Positions 11,278 to 22,429 of a stretch of 64,000 bases of DNA are shown piece by piece. The stretch comes from an uncultured Nitrososphaerales archaeon. Its GTDB lineage: Archaea; Thermoproteota; Nitrososphaeria; Nitrososphaerales; Nitrososphaeraceae. The position numbers were made by a program, and so were the translations under genes. Position 1 is the stretch's first letter. Every line of letters starts with the position of its first letter. The stretch spans positions 391,656-455,655 of the forward strand of contig CAVPXM010000055.1 of assembly GCA_963709405.1 (NCBI GenBank). Reading direction: 5' to 3'. The notes under the pieces were generated by a model. That model ran no database searches. It had not been told where the DNA came from and saw only the letters and a list, made by a program, of their open reading frames with translations.

Positions 11278-12100
11278 TCATGGACTGTGAAATACAAAGA
11301 TAAAAAAACTAGAAATCGCTGCTCCGATGAACGACCCGAGGATATTAACCACATTATTATCAATAAATCGTAATCCTGCATGCTGAATTGTGCTGACATT
11401 ACAGTGGACAATCTTTCTCTCAGAGTATTTATTACATATTGTACATCTATACTTACATTGTAAGGTCTCTCCCAGGGCGCTATCAACGTTAGTAGACAAG
11501 ACACCTGACGTTATGCATGCGACAACGATTACTGCAAACTGACTCATTTCCCTGGAAAATAGCGCACCGCAAACTGTCCCGATTATTAGCGAACCTACAA
11601 TCGCAGCGATCTCGCCTCGCAACGTAACTCCACCTGAATGTCCTCTGAGGATCGTCCTTCCAGTTAAGATAGATCTCGGAGTGGATTTACTTAACAGTCC
11701 AACCTCAGTTGCGAGTGTGTCGCCCAGTGCGAAAGCTAGGGAACCCGCGAAGCAGAATAAATACACATTATTATTTCCTGAAACATAATAAATTATTGCA
11801 AACAATGCAGATGGTCCTCCATTAGCTAAGACGCTAGGCCAGCCCCTTGCTCCTCTATTCCTTTCTGAAAAACCGCCCTCTTCCTTTTGCTTATATTTGT
11901 GTTTAGTAAAGTATGACGCAGTAAGGAAGAAGGAAAGTAATGCTAAAAACCATGCGACACCGCCGAACAATAGGGTGACGAATCCAATCGGTACTGCGAG
12001 CAAAGGCACCATAAGCATCAATCGCATTGATCCTGTAAGCAAAAATCGTCAGAGCAACCATCAGCAAAAGCCAACCTGCTGACTGGTCCAATGGCAGCAT
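11278..12100 (-). CDS. DUF92/TMEM19 family membrane protein (frameshift near 12005)
   Basis: GARGWPSVLANG, DTLATEVG, SGGVTLRG, DSALGETLQ, DNNVVN; N-terminus lies in ORF 11903-12100. Confidence 0.85.
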
Positions 12101-12367
12101 ACAGTTACTGTTATTCCCTCCTATACATATGCTTCAATTTTGAGACCGAACACCTACCGAACCCTAGTGCTCGTCAAAGATTGTAGTTGATACCTTCCCT
12201 CATTCGTGCCATAATGCTCTTTATCCTTACATCGGTTGAATTAGTGTTTGATTAGAATGCAAATTGTCTAATTCTGACAGATCGCTGTTTCAAATGTAAA
12301 ACGCCATCGAATCTAAGATTTCGAATCTGAAGCCTGGTTTCAAGAAAATTCATAGAAAATACTAAAT

Positions 12368-13084
12368 GTGTTTTCATTGTACTCTTTTTGGATATTTTTG
12401 GAGATTCTAGACAACATTTCCTTATTTGACCTGAACAAACGAGTGATCGCTTGTAATTTGTGCCCTCGTCTTATGCAATACTCTGTCTACATTGGAAGAA
12501 AAAAGACCAAACGTTTTGTAAATGAGCAATATTGGTCAAGACCTGTCCCAAGCTTCGGAGATCCAAAAGCCAAAGTACTTATAATTGGCTTAGCACCCGC
12601 CGCTCATGGCGGGAATAGAACCGGGCGAATGTTTACTGGAGATAGCTCGGGAGATTGGCTGGTAAGGGCATTATTCGAGTCGAAGTTTGCAAATATGCAA
12701 ACTAGCAATCACAGGGATGACGGACTTGTACTGAATGACATTTATGTCACTTCGGTCATAAGATGCGCACCTCCCAAAAATAGGCCTCTTGGATCTGAAA
12801 TAGAAAGCTGTTCAAGATATCTTTTGAACGAATTGGAAATCTTGAAATCGGTCCAGATCATTTTAACCCTAGGCCGAACCGCTTTTCATACCTATTGTAG
12901 GGTTTGCCACTTGAAGTCGCTCACATTTAGTCACGGCAAGTCATATTCTATTGACAAGAACAAAACCCTTGTTGCGTCGTACCATCCTAGCAGGCAAAAT
13001 ACCAATACCAGGCGGCTTAGCTGGAAGATGTGGATAGATGTATTCCACACACTAAGGTCGTTATTGAGGTCTGATGGCAAATAA
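12368..13084 (+). CDS. Uracil-DNA glycosylase family 5 (UdgB-like)
   Basis: GLAPAAHGGNRTGRMFTGD and YHPSRQNT signatures. Confidence 0.9.
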   Translation: MFSLYSFWIFLEILDNISLFDLNKRVIACNLCPRLMQYSVYIGRKKTKRFVNEQYWSRPVPSFGDPKAKVLIIGLAPAAHGGNRTGRMFTGDSSGDWLVRALFESKFANMQTSNHRDDGLVLNDIYVTSVIRCAPPKNRPLGSEIESCSRYLLNELEILKSVQIILTLGRTAFHTYCRVCHLKSLTFSHGKSYSIDKNKTLVASYHPSRQNTNTRRLSWKMWIDVFHTLRSLLRSDGK

Positions 13085-13319
13085 GTTCGTATCAGAATTA
13101 AAAATTAATGGATTGTCAATTCATTTATCAAAAGACGATTAGGACAAATTCTGCCCTTCGAAGCTGAATTCCAATGATTGACGATCTTGGAATCAGTGAT
13201 ATACAGAAATATCCGATCACGCTTAATCGATAATTTAAGAATTTATAATATGTTAATATCTCAAAACAATTGAGGGAATGTTAGGCTCGAAACTCATTGC
13301 AAGTAATATTTCTAGTAAA

Positions 13320-14321
13320 TTAGGCTAGGTAATTTGGTTTTGGCAGCATTCCGGTTTCAAAGTCCTTTCGCTCCTCATTCCTTATCACAATTTCTTCAAA
13401 ATACCTAATAATAGTAACTTCGGAGATCTTAGGTATCACAATTTCTTTGTCTTCAATGAGATCTAGTAACAGCGAGGGAAAATTTACTCCCGCCAGTGTT
13501 GCAAAAATTGTTCCTCCTCCCATTCTAGGATTGACTTCGACGAGCTTCAGAGTTCCTTCTGAAGATTCTTTCATCTGAATACAGCATGGTCCTCTTATCC
13601 TTATACAGCGGGCAATCTCCAAACAATTCTCCTCAAGTTCTATGTCGCGCACAATTTTACCTTTAGTTGAAATTCCTGCCTTCGTTTGGATCCTGATCCT
13701 AGGAACGGCTATCAAGGGTTTTTCATTCAGATCGCTTAATACGTCTATGGTATATTCTGTTCCTGGAAGAAACTCTTGATATATCAAATCATTCATTTTC
13801 GATGAAATGTATTTTAGTTCAGATTCATCGTCTATTTTCATAATGCCACGACTTCCTTTACCAAACCTAGGCTTTGCGATAATTGGAAATTGCTCGACAT
13901 GGCCAGGTTCGTCAGTAGTTTTAGGGACCGAAAAATCATGACGCAAATATTGATAGGTTTGCATTTTGTCACGGCATATTTCAAGGCTCTTTCTATCGCT
14001 AACTATAGCATGAACGCCCATTTCCAGGAGCCGTTCTCGATTTTCGCTGTATGGATATATGTCGAATCCCGATGTGGGCATAAGAACCTGAACTTTATGC
14101 CTTTTAATTATTTCTAATAGCCTCTCCACGAATAAACGATCATCAGCTTCAGGAATCACCTCGTTAAAATCTGACATGAAAAAGCCTGCTGAAAGATAGC
14201 TTGAATCGGTGGCTACGATTTTGCCCTTGTATTCAGCCATTCTTAATGACTTAATTGCATTAATGCCCGCGGGTGCGGCTGCGCCAGGAATGAGTACGAC
14301 GGATATTTCTGGGCTAGCCAA
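13320..14321 (-). CDS. ATP-grasp ligase (carbamoyl-phosphate-synthase-like)
   Basis: CRDK, IIAKPRFGKGSRG, YQEFLPGTEYTID, EVNPRMGGG. Confidence 0.88.
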   Translation of the reverse strand: MASPEISVVLIPGAAAPAGINAIKSLRMAEYKGKIVATDSSYLSAGFFMSDFNEVIPEADDRLFVERLLEIIKRHKVQVLMPTSGFDIYPYSENRERLLEMGVHAIVSDRKSLEICRDKMQTYQYLRHDFSVPKTTDEPGHVEQFPIIAKPRFGKGSRGIMKIDDESELKYISSKMNDLIYQEFLPGTEYTIDVLSDLNEKPLIAVPRIRIQTKAGISTKGKIVRDIELEENCLEIARCIRIRGPCCIQMKESSEGTLKLVEVNPRMGGGTIFATLAGVNFPSLLLDLIEDKEIVIPKISEVTIIRYFEEIVIRNEERKDFETGMLPKPNYLA

Positions 14322-15470
14322 CGGACATTACCAAGAAGTACTCTGTGTTTAACGATATAATAAATATTTATATAAAGAGTTATTGGACCATGTTAACTGG
14401 AATAGTGGGTAGATATCGCTAGCAATCTCATGCTTAGATTAGGAGCAATCTTTTCATTAGATTCCTTAAGTTGAACAGCACCGTTATTTGCTGGCTTTTT
14501 AGAAAGCATGCTTTTGATAGATTCCTTCAAGGCTTTTTAGAAGTAAAACTCAGGGATATTGAAGGAATCCGAGTATGTTAGATTAGCATATACATTATAT
14601 TGCGTTCTGAGAAATTCCAAGGTACCACCGTTTTTTCATCGAAAGAGCAACCATGTGTTTAATGCATAGCAGCATCTGGTCTCGCTGACTGTACGACGGT
14701 ACGCGGGTAAGAGGTATAGAATGTTTGTAAAAGTGTTGATAGAAGCATATTATCGAGACAGTTCTTCAGATATCCCATATTTCACACTTTGCTTCTCTTC
14801 AGAGCCTTGCCCAAGAATAAGTGTGGTACACTAGATATACATATTTGCAGGGATAGGTAGACTCGACTGAATTCAAGGTTATACAGGCATCACCACAATT
14901 CTATACTGAGAGAACTGAACTGAGAAGAAAAATGAGATATGAAAATTAATTAACGATAGGTGCTGAGTTGGTCCAACAGATAATCTGTAGGTTTAAAGAT
15001 AAGACCAGCTTCGACAAGATACGATAACATTGATTTCTGGTCAAGTATAACAAGGACATCAAATATCCTTCCATTATCTGTTGTTACGGGTGACAATGGA
15101 GTTGAGGGTAGTGAAGATAATCATCTTTTGATAAGATAAGCTTCGGATGTATTAAATGTAATCACAGATCGATTTGAAGATCTGCTGATATGAAAGACGC
15201 ATGGTAAGTATAGGAAACAAATGAAGCGCGGCCAAATTGTTGTACAATTAACGAAACAAGGATGAAACCATAATATCAGTCATAAAAAGTTGTCTGGAGA
15301 ACATATAACACCGAAGATAGTAAGAACACAAAACAGGGAATTATCATTCGAATGCATAGCCTCCAAAACCCAGAGATTAACTAAGTTTTCTATAATTACA
15401 TGGTTTCTACAAGACCTTATTTGGTGTTACATTTAAGACTCGCTAAAGCTGTGATGGGTTGGGGAATAAA

Positions 15471-16097
15471 ATGGTTGTAGACACTTCAGCAGATTATCAT
15501 ATTCATTCAAACTACAACGATCACTCCGATTCTGATCTCACCATCAATAATGTTATACACTTCGCAGAAAAAAATGGTTTAAAAAAAATCGCGTTTACTG
15601 AACACGTTAGAAGAAGTTCTGATTGGATTCCAAAATATTTAAACGAGATTCAGATATGTGCCAGAAATTCGCCTCTAGAAATCATACCTGGGTTCGAGGC
15701 AAAAATTCTATTGAATGGAAATATCGACTGTCCAGATGAATATCGGAGCAAATACTTTCTGGTTGCCAGTTTTCACACAGTTTTTGGAGACAAAGAGCGT
15801 TGGATCACTGCTCTCAAATCAGCCATTAGAGATCCCAGTGTAGATGTAATCGGCCATCTGGCTCCCGAACCCAGTTTCAAGATTATTGAGGGTGAGATAT
15901 ATTCTATAGCAGAAGAAATAGTGCAAAATCGTAAGATCGTTGAGCTAAATGCCAAATACCGTAGACCGCCTTTAGACTGGATAATATCCTTTAAGAACAG
16001 TGGAGTCAAATTCCATTTGGGCAGTGACGCTCATAGTCTCACGTCCATAGGACGCTTTGATCAGATAGCTAATCTCATCGCTGCGGTTGATGAGTAG
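15471..16097 (+). CDS. PHP-domain phosphoesterase
   Basis: DYHIHS, FTEH, GH, GSDAH metal ligands. Confidence 0.88.
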   Translation: MVVDTSADYHIHSNYNDHSDSDLTINNVIHFAEKNGLKKIAFTEHVRRSSDWIPKYLNEIQICARNSPLEIIPGFEAKILLNGNIDCPDEYRSKYFLVASFHTVFGDKERWITALKSAIRDPSVDVIGHLAPEPSFKIIEGEIYSIAEEIVQNRKIVELNAKYRRPPLDWIISFKNSGVKFHLGSDAHSLTSIGRFDQIANLIAAVDE

Positions 16098-16347
16098 CGA
16101 TATAGTGGGAATATTATAAAGTCTGTGCAAAATATGTCTTTTAGCCGCTTACTTTACATAGATAATTTGTAAAATTTAGTTGGATATTCTACTATCGCTT
16201 TGTTATGGGTAGTTTCTCAGTGATAATCGTAGAAGATTTTCTACTCTTACAAACATTAAAATTGCTTAAATTAGTGGCGATTGAAAATCGTATTGTAAGT
16301 GATTACTTGACAAAGTACAAATGTTTGAACGGAAATTTATATAGCAG

Positions 16348-18056
16348 TTGGGATTTCTTATGTTAGTCAATAGTTACATGACGACATCGGAAATAGGGCA
16401 AAGGCACAGTGTGAGATCTCTATTTTCGAAATTTGAAACGGTCAGGAATCAAGTTATTTCTGATTACATCTCCTCTTTTCCTGAAACACTTTCTGAAGCA
16501 GCCGAAAAGTTACTAGCACCAAATCGTCAGTTTCCTGTGATGAATGAACTGGTTATGTCAAACAGGGTAAGAATCGGAAGGTTTATCGAGAAATTCCACA
16601 ATGAGGCAGGGACAACCAGCTCTGATGTGAAGTATTCCCTAAATGCTCTGAACAGTCCTTCAGTTGAAATACTTGTGTCAATTCATCAACCAAACCTCTT
16701 TGCATTTGCTGGAGTTTATAAAAAAATCATCCTTCTGCAGTGTTTGAAATCCATTGCTGAGCAGAAGGGTATCGGTAGGAAATTCATAAACATGTTCCTC
16801 ATAGTCGACCATGATTTCATGGATGAGTTTTGGATACGCCATGCCCAACTCCCTAGCCTACGTCATTCTAATGGTATATTAGAGCTTAGGTTACCAATAA
16901 GGGTTCGTGATAGATGGCGGTTAATGTGCAATATGCAAGCACCAAGAAAATCTTTAATAGACTCTTGGAGAAAGCAAGTGACTTCATGGATAAAAAATGC
17001 GGATTCGCCATTATATCCAACTAAGTCAGAAAAATTTCAACTCCTGAAAAATTTGGACGAAATGTGGTATCAAGTTGAAGAATCCTATTCCAGATGCAAA
17101 TCCTATGCTGATTTTAATTCATTTATTATTTCTCGCTTGGTAAATACAATTTGGGGTTACGATACCCTATTTGTCAGGCTTTCCGATATACCTGAAGTAT
17201 TCGAAGATGGGTTCAAGTTTCTTATATCTAATTATGAAAAATATGCCCTAGCCCTGAACCAGAGCGAAGAAATGTTTGCAAGCCAAGGAATAAATACCGG
17301 CGTTAGTTCGAGCTCATACCTTAATGCTCCAGTCTGGCTTCACTGTAAATGCGGGAGCAAGGCTTCGGCAAAGATAGTTGAAAGCGGATTGGAGAGGCTA
17401 TATCTAGTTGGCAAATGCATAGCATGTAAGAGTGATCTGCAAATAGAGGTGGGATCGCGGGATAACCTTGACTTGTCTGGAGACACATTGCATTCCATAT
17501 CCCCTAGAGCAATACCTATCCTATTACTATTAGCTAGGGATCTGGGTATAGCGTGTTACGCTTCAGGGACAGGAGGAAGCCTAGGCTATATGTTAGTGGG
17601 GAGAATGGCCTTCACGCATCTAGCAGTTAATATGCCTCTAACTACAGTTTGGCCAGCTGCAGATATCTACAATGGAATAGGGCAATCAGAGGCGCTATCA
17701 CATATGAGAGTAAATAATGATATAGAACTGAGAGTCCTACTTGGAGAAACTGAGATCCATGAATGCTGAATATGCAGAAAGGATAACGCCCTTAATAGAT
17801 GAGCGTAATAAAGGAATCAAAGCTGGCCAACCAATAAAGAACATACTATCAGATATGTTTGCATTAAAGGAATCTCAAAGGAGGGTGCGTCACATGATTA
17901 AAACTGCAACGAAAGCTGAGAGCCGCAATAGACTTAAAACCATGTATAATCGATCACGTTGTGAACTATGGTATCAGGAGGATCGAATCCCAGTGGAAAG
18001 AGAACCTTATGGCAAATGATGATCTAGCAGCGCCAATTTTCTTGGTTAAAGAGTAG
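16348..18056 (+). CDS. BshC-like putative amide ligase with a Zn ribbon and C-terminal coiled coil (two frameshifts, near 17740 and 17920)
   Basis: SIHQPNLF...YKKII...VDHDF resembles the BshC GQQ..LF...YK...EDHD motifs; HCKC/CIAC; frames continue to TAG at 18054-18056. Confidence 0.5.
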
Positions 18057-18097
18057 TAACTAGTGAATTATATTTTTATGCAACGTGTGACTAAATA

Positions 18098-19177
18098 ATG
18101 GGTCACCGAAACCAGCTCAATGTACTCGTTACTGCATCTGGGGGCATCATAGGAGAAGGGATAATTAAGTGCCTGAATTGGGCCAATTCATCGTCAAAAG
18201 ACGATACAGTCTATTATAGAATATTTGCCACTGATATGGATGCTAAGGCGGCCGGATTGTATAGGTGCAATGGGACCGGATTCCTAGTTCCACGGTCCTC
18301 TTCTCCAGATTACATAGATGCCATTATTTCTATTGCCAGAAAAAATGATATAGATGCCATATTTGTTGGATCGGACAAAGAGCTAATAATACTCGGCCGA
18401 TTGCAGAACAAAATAGAAGCTGAAACTAATGCAAAAATTATTTCCAATCCTCTGAATATATTGGAGCTGGCCAGAGATAAATGGAAAACCTATGAATTCT
18501 TGGAATCTAATAATTTTTCAAGGGCCGAATCTTGTTTGCCGAAAGACAAGGATGCTTTCATTTCACGCTATGGTTTCCCTTTGGTAGTAAAACCTAGGGA
18601 AGGATATGGTTCGATGTATTTTACAGTAGTAAATGATGAAAGCGAATTAAAATATGGCATATCAAAAATTGAGGAAGTAGGTTGGCGACCGATACTTCAA
18701 GAATACTTGAAAGGCAACAATACTGAGTTTACGACTGGAGTGACCGTTGATAAACGAGGAGATCGAATAATGTCATCGATATCGATCCAGAAAACAATAA
18801 AACACGGACAAACGTATAAAGCCATAATCGATAGCTTCAACGAAATTCGTCGTCCATCTGAAGAAATTGCAATGAAGCTGGGTGTACGCGGTCCTGTTAA
18901 TATTCAGGCTATGCTTGTTGAAAACGAAGTAAAGGTTTTCGAAATAAATCCTCGATTTTCAGCAACTTGTCCAATGCGTGCGGTTGCAGGTGTGAATGAA
19001 CCAGATATTATACTCAGAAATATTTTCATGAATGAAGATTTTACTGCAACAGAGTACAAAAAATTATTATGTATGAGGTACTGGCAAGAAGTTTATATAG
19101 AGTATTCCACCTATGAGCAGACTTCACATCAAAGAATGGTTAGTGAAAGCAATTCACTCGTACCTTGTTACTTTTGA
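18098..19177 (+). CDS. ATP-grasp ligase (carbamoyl-phosphate-synthase-like), second paralog
   Basis: ARDKWKT, VVKPREGYGS, LQEYL, FEINPRFS. Confidence 0.88.
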   Translation: MGHRNQLNVLVTASGGIIGEGIIKCLNWANSSSKDDTVYYRIFATDMDAKAAGLYRCNGTGFLVPRSSSPDYIDAIISIARKNDIDAIFVGSDKELIILGRLQNKIEAETNAKIISNPLNILELARDKWKTYEFLESNNFSRAESCLPKDKDAFISRYGFPLVVKPREGYGSMYFTVVNDESELKYGISKIEEVGWRPILQEYLKGNNTEFTTGVTVDKRGDRIMSSISIQKTIKHGQTYKAIIDSFNEIRRPSEEIAMKLGVRGPVNIQAMLVENEVKVFEINPRFSATCPMRAVAGVNEPDIILRNIFMNEDFTATEYKKLLCMRYWQEVYIEYSTYEQTSHQRMVSESNSLVPCYF

Positions 19178-19213
19178 CTTAAATCTCTAACGGAATAATT
19201 GCTATGTTACCTT

Positions 19214-19852
19214 CTACCATTTCGATACCCTAACTACCTCAAAGGCTTCGGCATACTCTGTATTCATCTGATACCCTCTGTATCGGCATCTACCTATTAT
19301 CGCGTCAATCCAATATTGTCCACATCGGATTTTTTGTGAATCGAAGCAGTTCAAAGCATTCTTCTTAATTTCTATAGTATTTGCAATATCCACATAAAGT
19401 TGCGGTCTAAAGGCAGACTCCGTAATACCGCCAGGTATCGTGGTCTCGTACATGAATAGATTATTCAAGTCACGACAGGCAGCAATTACAGCTCTGGTTA
19501 AGGCTTGATGATCTTGATGCGAATCCCCTATCCACTGAGTAAAAACTGCATCCGGTTGGTGTTCTCGCACAATTTTGTCTATTATCCCAACAAACTTCCT
19601 GTTAAACACTACCTCATCGGGGGACAAGTCAAGGAGCTCCGGGTTACCGCAACCCATTAGCTTCGCCGAATTCGTCGCTTCAGACTGCCGTCCCTCCTTA
19701 GTATCGAACTTTACAAAATTTGGTAACGTAGCTATAACAAGGTGAACGTTGTAATTGTCATTCTGTGAAAGCTTGGCTACGGTTCCACCCATGCCTATCT
19801 CTATATCATCTGGATGTGCACCGAATATGAGTATAGATTCTTTTCTATTCAT
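19214..19852 (-). CDS. PIG-L/LmbE family N-acetylglucosaminyl deacetylase (BshB/MshB-like)
   Basis: GAHPDDIE, R..E, DSHQDH, C-terminal AEAF. Confidence 0.9.
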   Translation of the reverse strand: MNRKESILIFGAHPDDIEIGMGGTVAKLSQNDNYNVHLVIATLPNFVKFDTKEGRQSEATNSAKLMGCGNPELLDLSPDEVVFNRKFVGIIDKIVREHQPDAVFTQWIGDSHQDHQALTRAVIAACRDLNNLFMYETTIPGGITESAFRPQLYVDIANTIEIKKNALNCFDSQKIRCGQYWIDAIIGRCRYRGYQMNTEYAEAFEVVRVSKW

Positions 19853-19887
19853 ATAATGACCCTACAGCAAATATAATTTAAAAGATT

Positions 19888-21033
19888 CTAAATTACTTTA
19901 CAACCGTCTGAATTACTCTCCTTAAATGATCGTTTTGGTTCGGCATTCACAATTATGCTCCTAGTTTGTCTATACCTTTTGTAATCCTCATCTACTTCCA
20001 TCGCTGCTGCCAACATCTTACTTCTTATTGACTTGGAAGATTGCAAGAACATCTTAGTATCTTTTGGTAGACAATGGCCGCCTATTCCATCCCTTGGCTC
20101 AAGTATATCCACATTCCATTTTGTGTTTAAAGCATCACGTAATTCTGCAAAATTTATGTTGTTTGCTTGACAGTAAAGATAAAGATCTTCGGCAAATGCT
20201 ATTTGTAGATATCTGTGTGCATTTTCAGCAATCTTTGTAATTTCAGCAATTTCTACTTGAGGTACTGGATGCATACGAATCCCCAAGCTCTTGGGAGTAT
20301 TCACTGTATCATGATCTTTGATATTATTGTTATTCGTATTTTCGTTATATTTCTGTCCTGATCCTAGTGCTACTGCTACTGGTACTCCTGCTTCTGTCCG
20401 GCCTTCTCCTCCTCCTCCTTCTCCTCGTCGTCCTCCTAGTACTCTACCATCATAAAATTGCATGGCTACATTTAGACAGCACTCACAAACTCCACCCAAT
20501 ACTCGCAACTGATTGACACCATGCTCTTCTTGTTCTAATGCATACCAGCGATGTGGAGCATGAGCTACATGTAGTCTATGATTAAGCATTTCAAATACCT
20601 TCTTTGATGTACCTTTTGGAATAGTACTTTCTATTGATACTAGTGCTCCATTCTTTGCTTCTTTTGAAATCTTTTCAACTATAGATAATAGACCATCTAT
20701 TTGTGGAGAAAACATGTCATCTGGTTTGTGAGTAGAAACGCATATGATAAAGACATCGAATTCACTAAAATCGATAGCGTTATTGTTATTACTGCTGCTA
20801 GTACTACTGCTACTACTACTACCACCATCACTACCGTCATTACCACCAATCTTTTTTATTCCAGCTAATTTCTGTGCACGATCTATTGCTTTTGTACTTA
20901 TATCATAGCCATACGTATCAAATCCTCCTTGTTCCTTGACATATTTTGCTACAGGTAAACCGAGTTGGCCCAAACCTATCACAAGAACTTTTAAGCGAGA
21001 ATCAGCAGAGTGTTGTCCTTCTATTGTCGACAA
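19888..21033 (-). CDS. UDP-glucose/GDP-mannose dehydrogenase family protein with low-complexity inserts, lacking the C-terminal domain
   Basis: GLGQLG Rossmann motif, IEST, AEITKIAENA, GIGGHCLPKD. Confidence 0.85.
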   Translation of the reverse strand: MSTIEGQHSADSRLKVLVIGLGQLGLPVAKYVKEQGGFDTYGYDISTKAIDRAQKLAGIKKIGGNDGSDGGSSSSSSTSSSNNNNAIDFSEFDVFIICVSTHKPDDMFSPQIDGLLSIVEKISKEAKNGALVSIESTIPKGTSKKVFEMLNHRLHVAHAPHRWYALEQEEHGVNQLRVLGGVCECCLNVAMQFYDGRVLGGRRGEGGGGEGRTEAGVPVAVALGSGQKYNENTNNNNIKDHDTVNTPKSLGIRMHPVPQVEIAEITKIAENAHRYLQIAFAEDLYLYCQANNINFAELRDALNTKWNVDILEPRDGIGGHCLPKDTKMFLQSSKSIRSKMLAAAMEVDEDYKRYRQTRSIIVNAEPKRSFKESNSDGCKVI

Positions 21034-21251
21034 GTCTTCAAAACTGATCGAGAGCTATTATTATTAAAGAATTAAGGAACAAAAAAACATAAATTGTTAG
21101 CTATCATAACTTTGATTTTTTATAAGGTAAACTCAATCTAGGGCGGTATATTTTTTAGGAACACCCACATCCTTTATACAAAATCTTTATCATTACAACT
21201 CAAATGTTATAGAAAATAATCTTAAAATTGGCAATGATATGATGAGAACTG

Positions 21252-21848
21252 ATGCTCAATAAACTTAGAAAACGGCTTGATCCATTTCTCACCAGGCTCG
21301 CCCTTGCATTCGTTTCCAGGGGTTTTTCCCCCAATAGCCTGAGTCTTATAGGTTTTTTTGTTTCGATTGCGGCTGGAATAATGTATGCTCTATCATCACA
21401 TGTATCACTAAGTAATTACTATTTCAACACTCTAATTGGTGGAATACTTCTACTAATTGCTGGTCTATTCGACATTCTAGATGGGGCAGTCGCCAGGGTC
21501 ACCAACCAAATCTCTAATCGTGGAGCCTTCCTTGATTCATTGCTAGATAAGGTGGCCGAGGTAGTTGTGTTCATATCTATATTTTTAGGCAATCTTTCAA
21601 CACCTATCTGGTGCTTGATTGCTATTAGTTTATCACTCCTTGTTAGCTATACTAGGGCACGTGCAGATTCTTTGCATATCCCACTAATCGGCATTGGGAT
21701 TGGAGAACGTGCCGAGAGATTACTAATAATTGCCCTGGTTGGCATGATTCCTCTCTATGGTGCGATGCAAGTAGCAGTTATAATGGTATCATTTGTGGCT
21801 GGGGCGACGATTGTTCAAAGAATAAATACTGCAAATAAGAAGCTATAA
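21252..21848 (+). CDS. CDP-alcohol phosphatidyltransferase (archaetidylinositol-phosphate synthase-like)
   Basis: DILDGAVAR...GAFLDSLLD signature; SYTRARA and GERAER. Confidence 0.9.
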   Translation: MLNKLRKRLDPFLTRLALAFVSRGFSPNSLSLIGFFVSIAAGIMYALSSHVSLSNYYFNTLIGGILLLIAGLFDILDGAVARVTNQISNRGAFLDSLLDKVAEVVVFISIFLGNLSTPIWCLIAISLSLLVSYTRARADSLHIPLIGIGIGERAERLLIIALVGMIPLYGAMQVAVIMVSFVAGATIVQRINTANKKL

Positions 21849-21863
21849 CAATATAAAAGTATA

Positions 21864-22152
21864 TTACCTCAATCTTCCTGTGTTTCTTCTATCTGATTCA
21901 GATCGCACTTTGACTACACCTCGATGAACAGCACATGATACGCAATAGAATTTTACATCTGTCGAAGGTGCAATATATGCCCCTTGTGCCTTCAGCTCTT
22001 TTGCTAATGTCGGTTCGACAAGCGTTACTCTACCCGTGACTTTCTTTGCTTTATCTCTTGGAACCATCGCACCACACTGGCTACAATGAACAGTACCCTG
22101 AACTCCCTTTTCCTCCCTTGGTCCGTCCTCTACTTGTTCGCTTCTTTGGCAT
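21864..22152 (-). CDS. rps26e: 30S ribosomal protein S26e (one frameshift)
   Basis: Start MPKKRTSRGR.., then VHCSQCGAMVPRDKAKK and YCVSCAVH. Confidence 0.92.
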
Positions 22153-22429
22153 GAATTGCTTTTCCTCGATCTATGCTTTAAATCTTATGATGTTCCACTG
22201 CCTATTCAAGTGAATTCCTCAGTCCATCGGTGCGAACATAAGACCAATTATGACAACGCAGATCGAGAGCAAGAAACGTTTCTACTAAAATATTATCAAA
22301 TTCGTACCTTCATGCAATGCGAGTTAAAGCAACAATATAAGACCAACGTTTAACCCTTCACGATTCTGGTTTATCTCGCACTTGTCTTTAAATTGAGCTG
22401 TAAATTATTAGTAACTGCAGGATCAAACC

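Noticed and set aside
305-13084. Two uracil-DNA glycosylases as an anti-viral system
   Set aside because: Family 4 and family 5 UDGs are ordinary repair enzymes, over 11 kb apart and without defence-type neighbours
21864-22152. Programmed frameshifting in rps26e or other genes
   Set aside because: Indels are scattered across both genomes with no common slippery site; sequencing error explains them better
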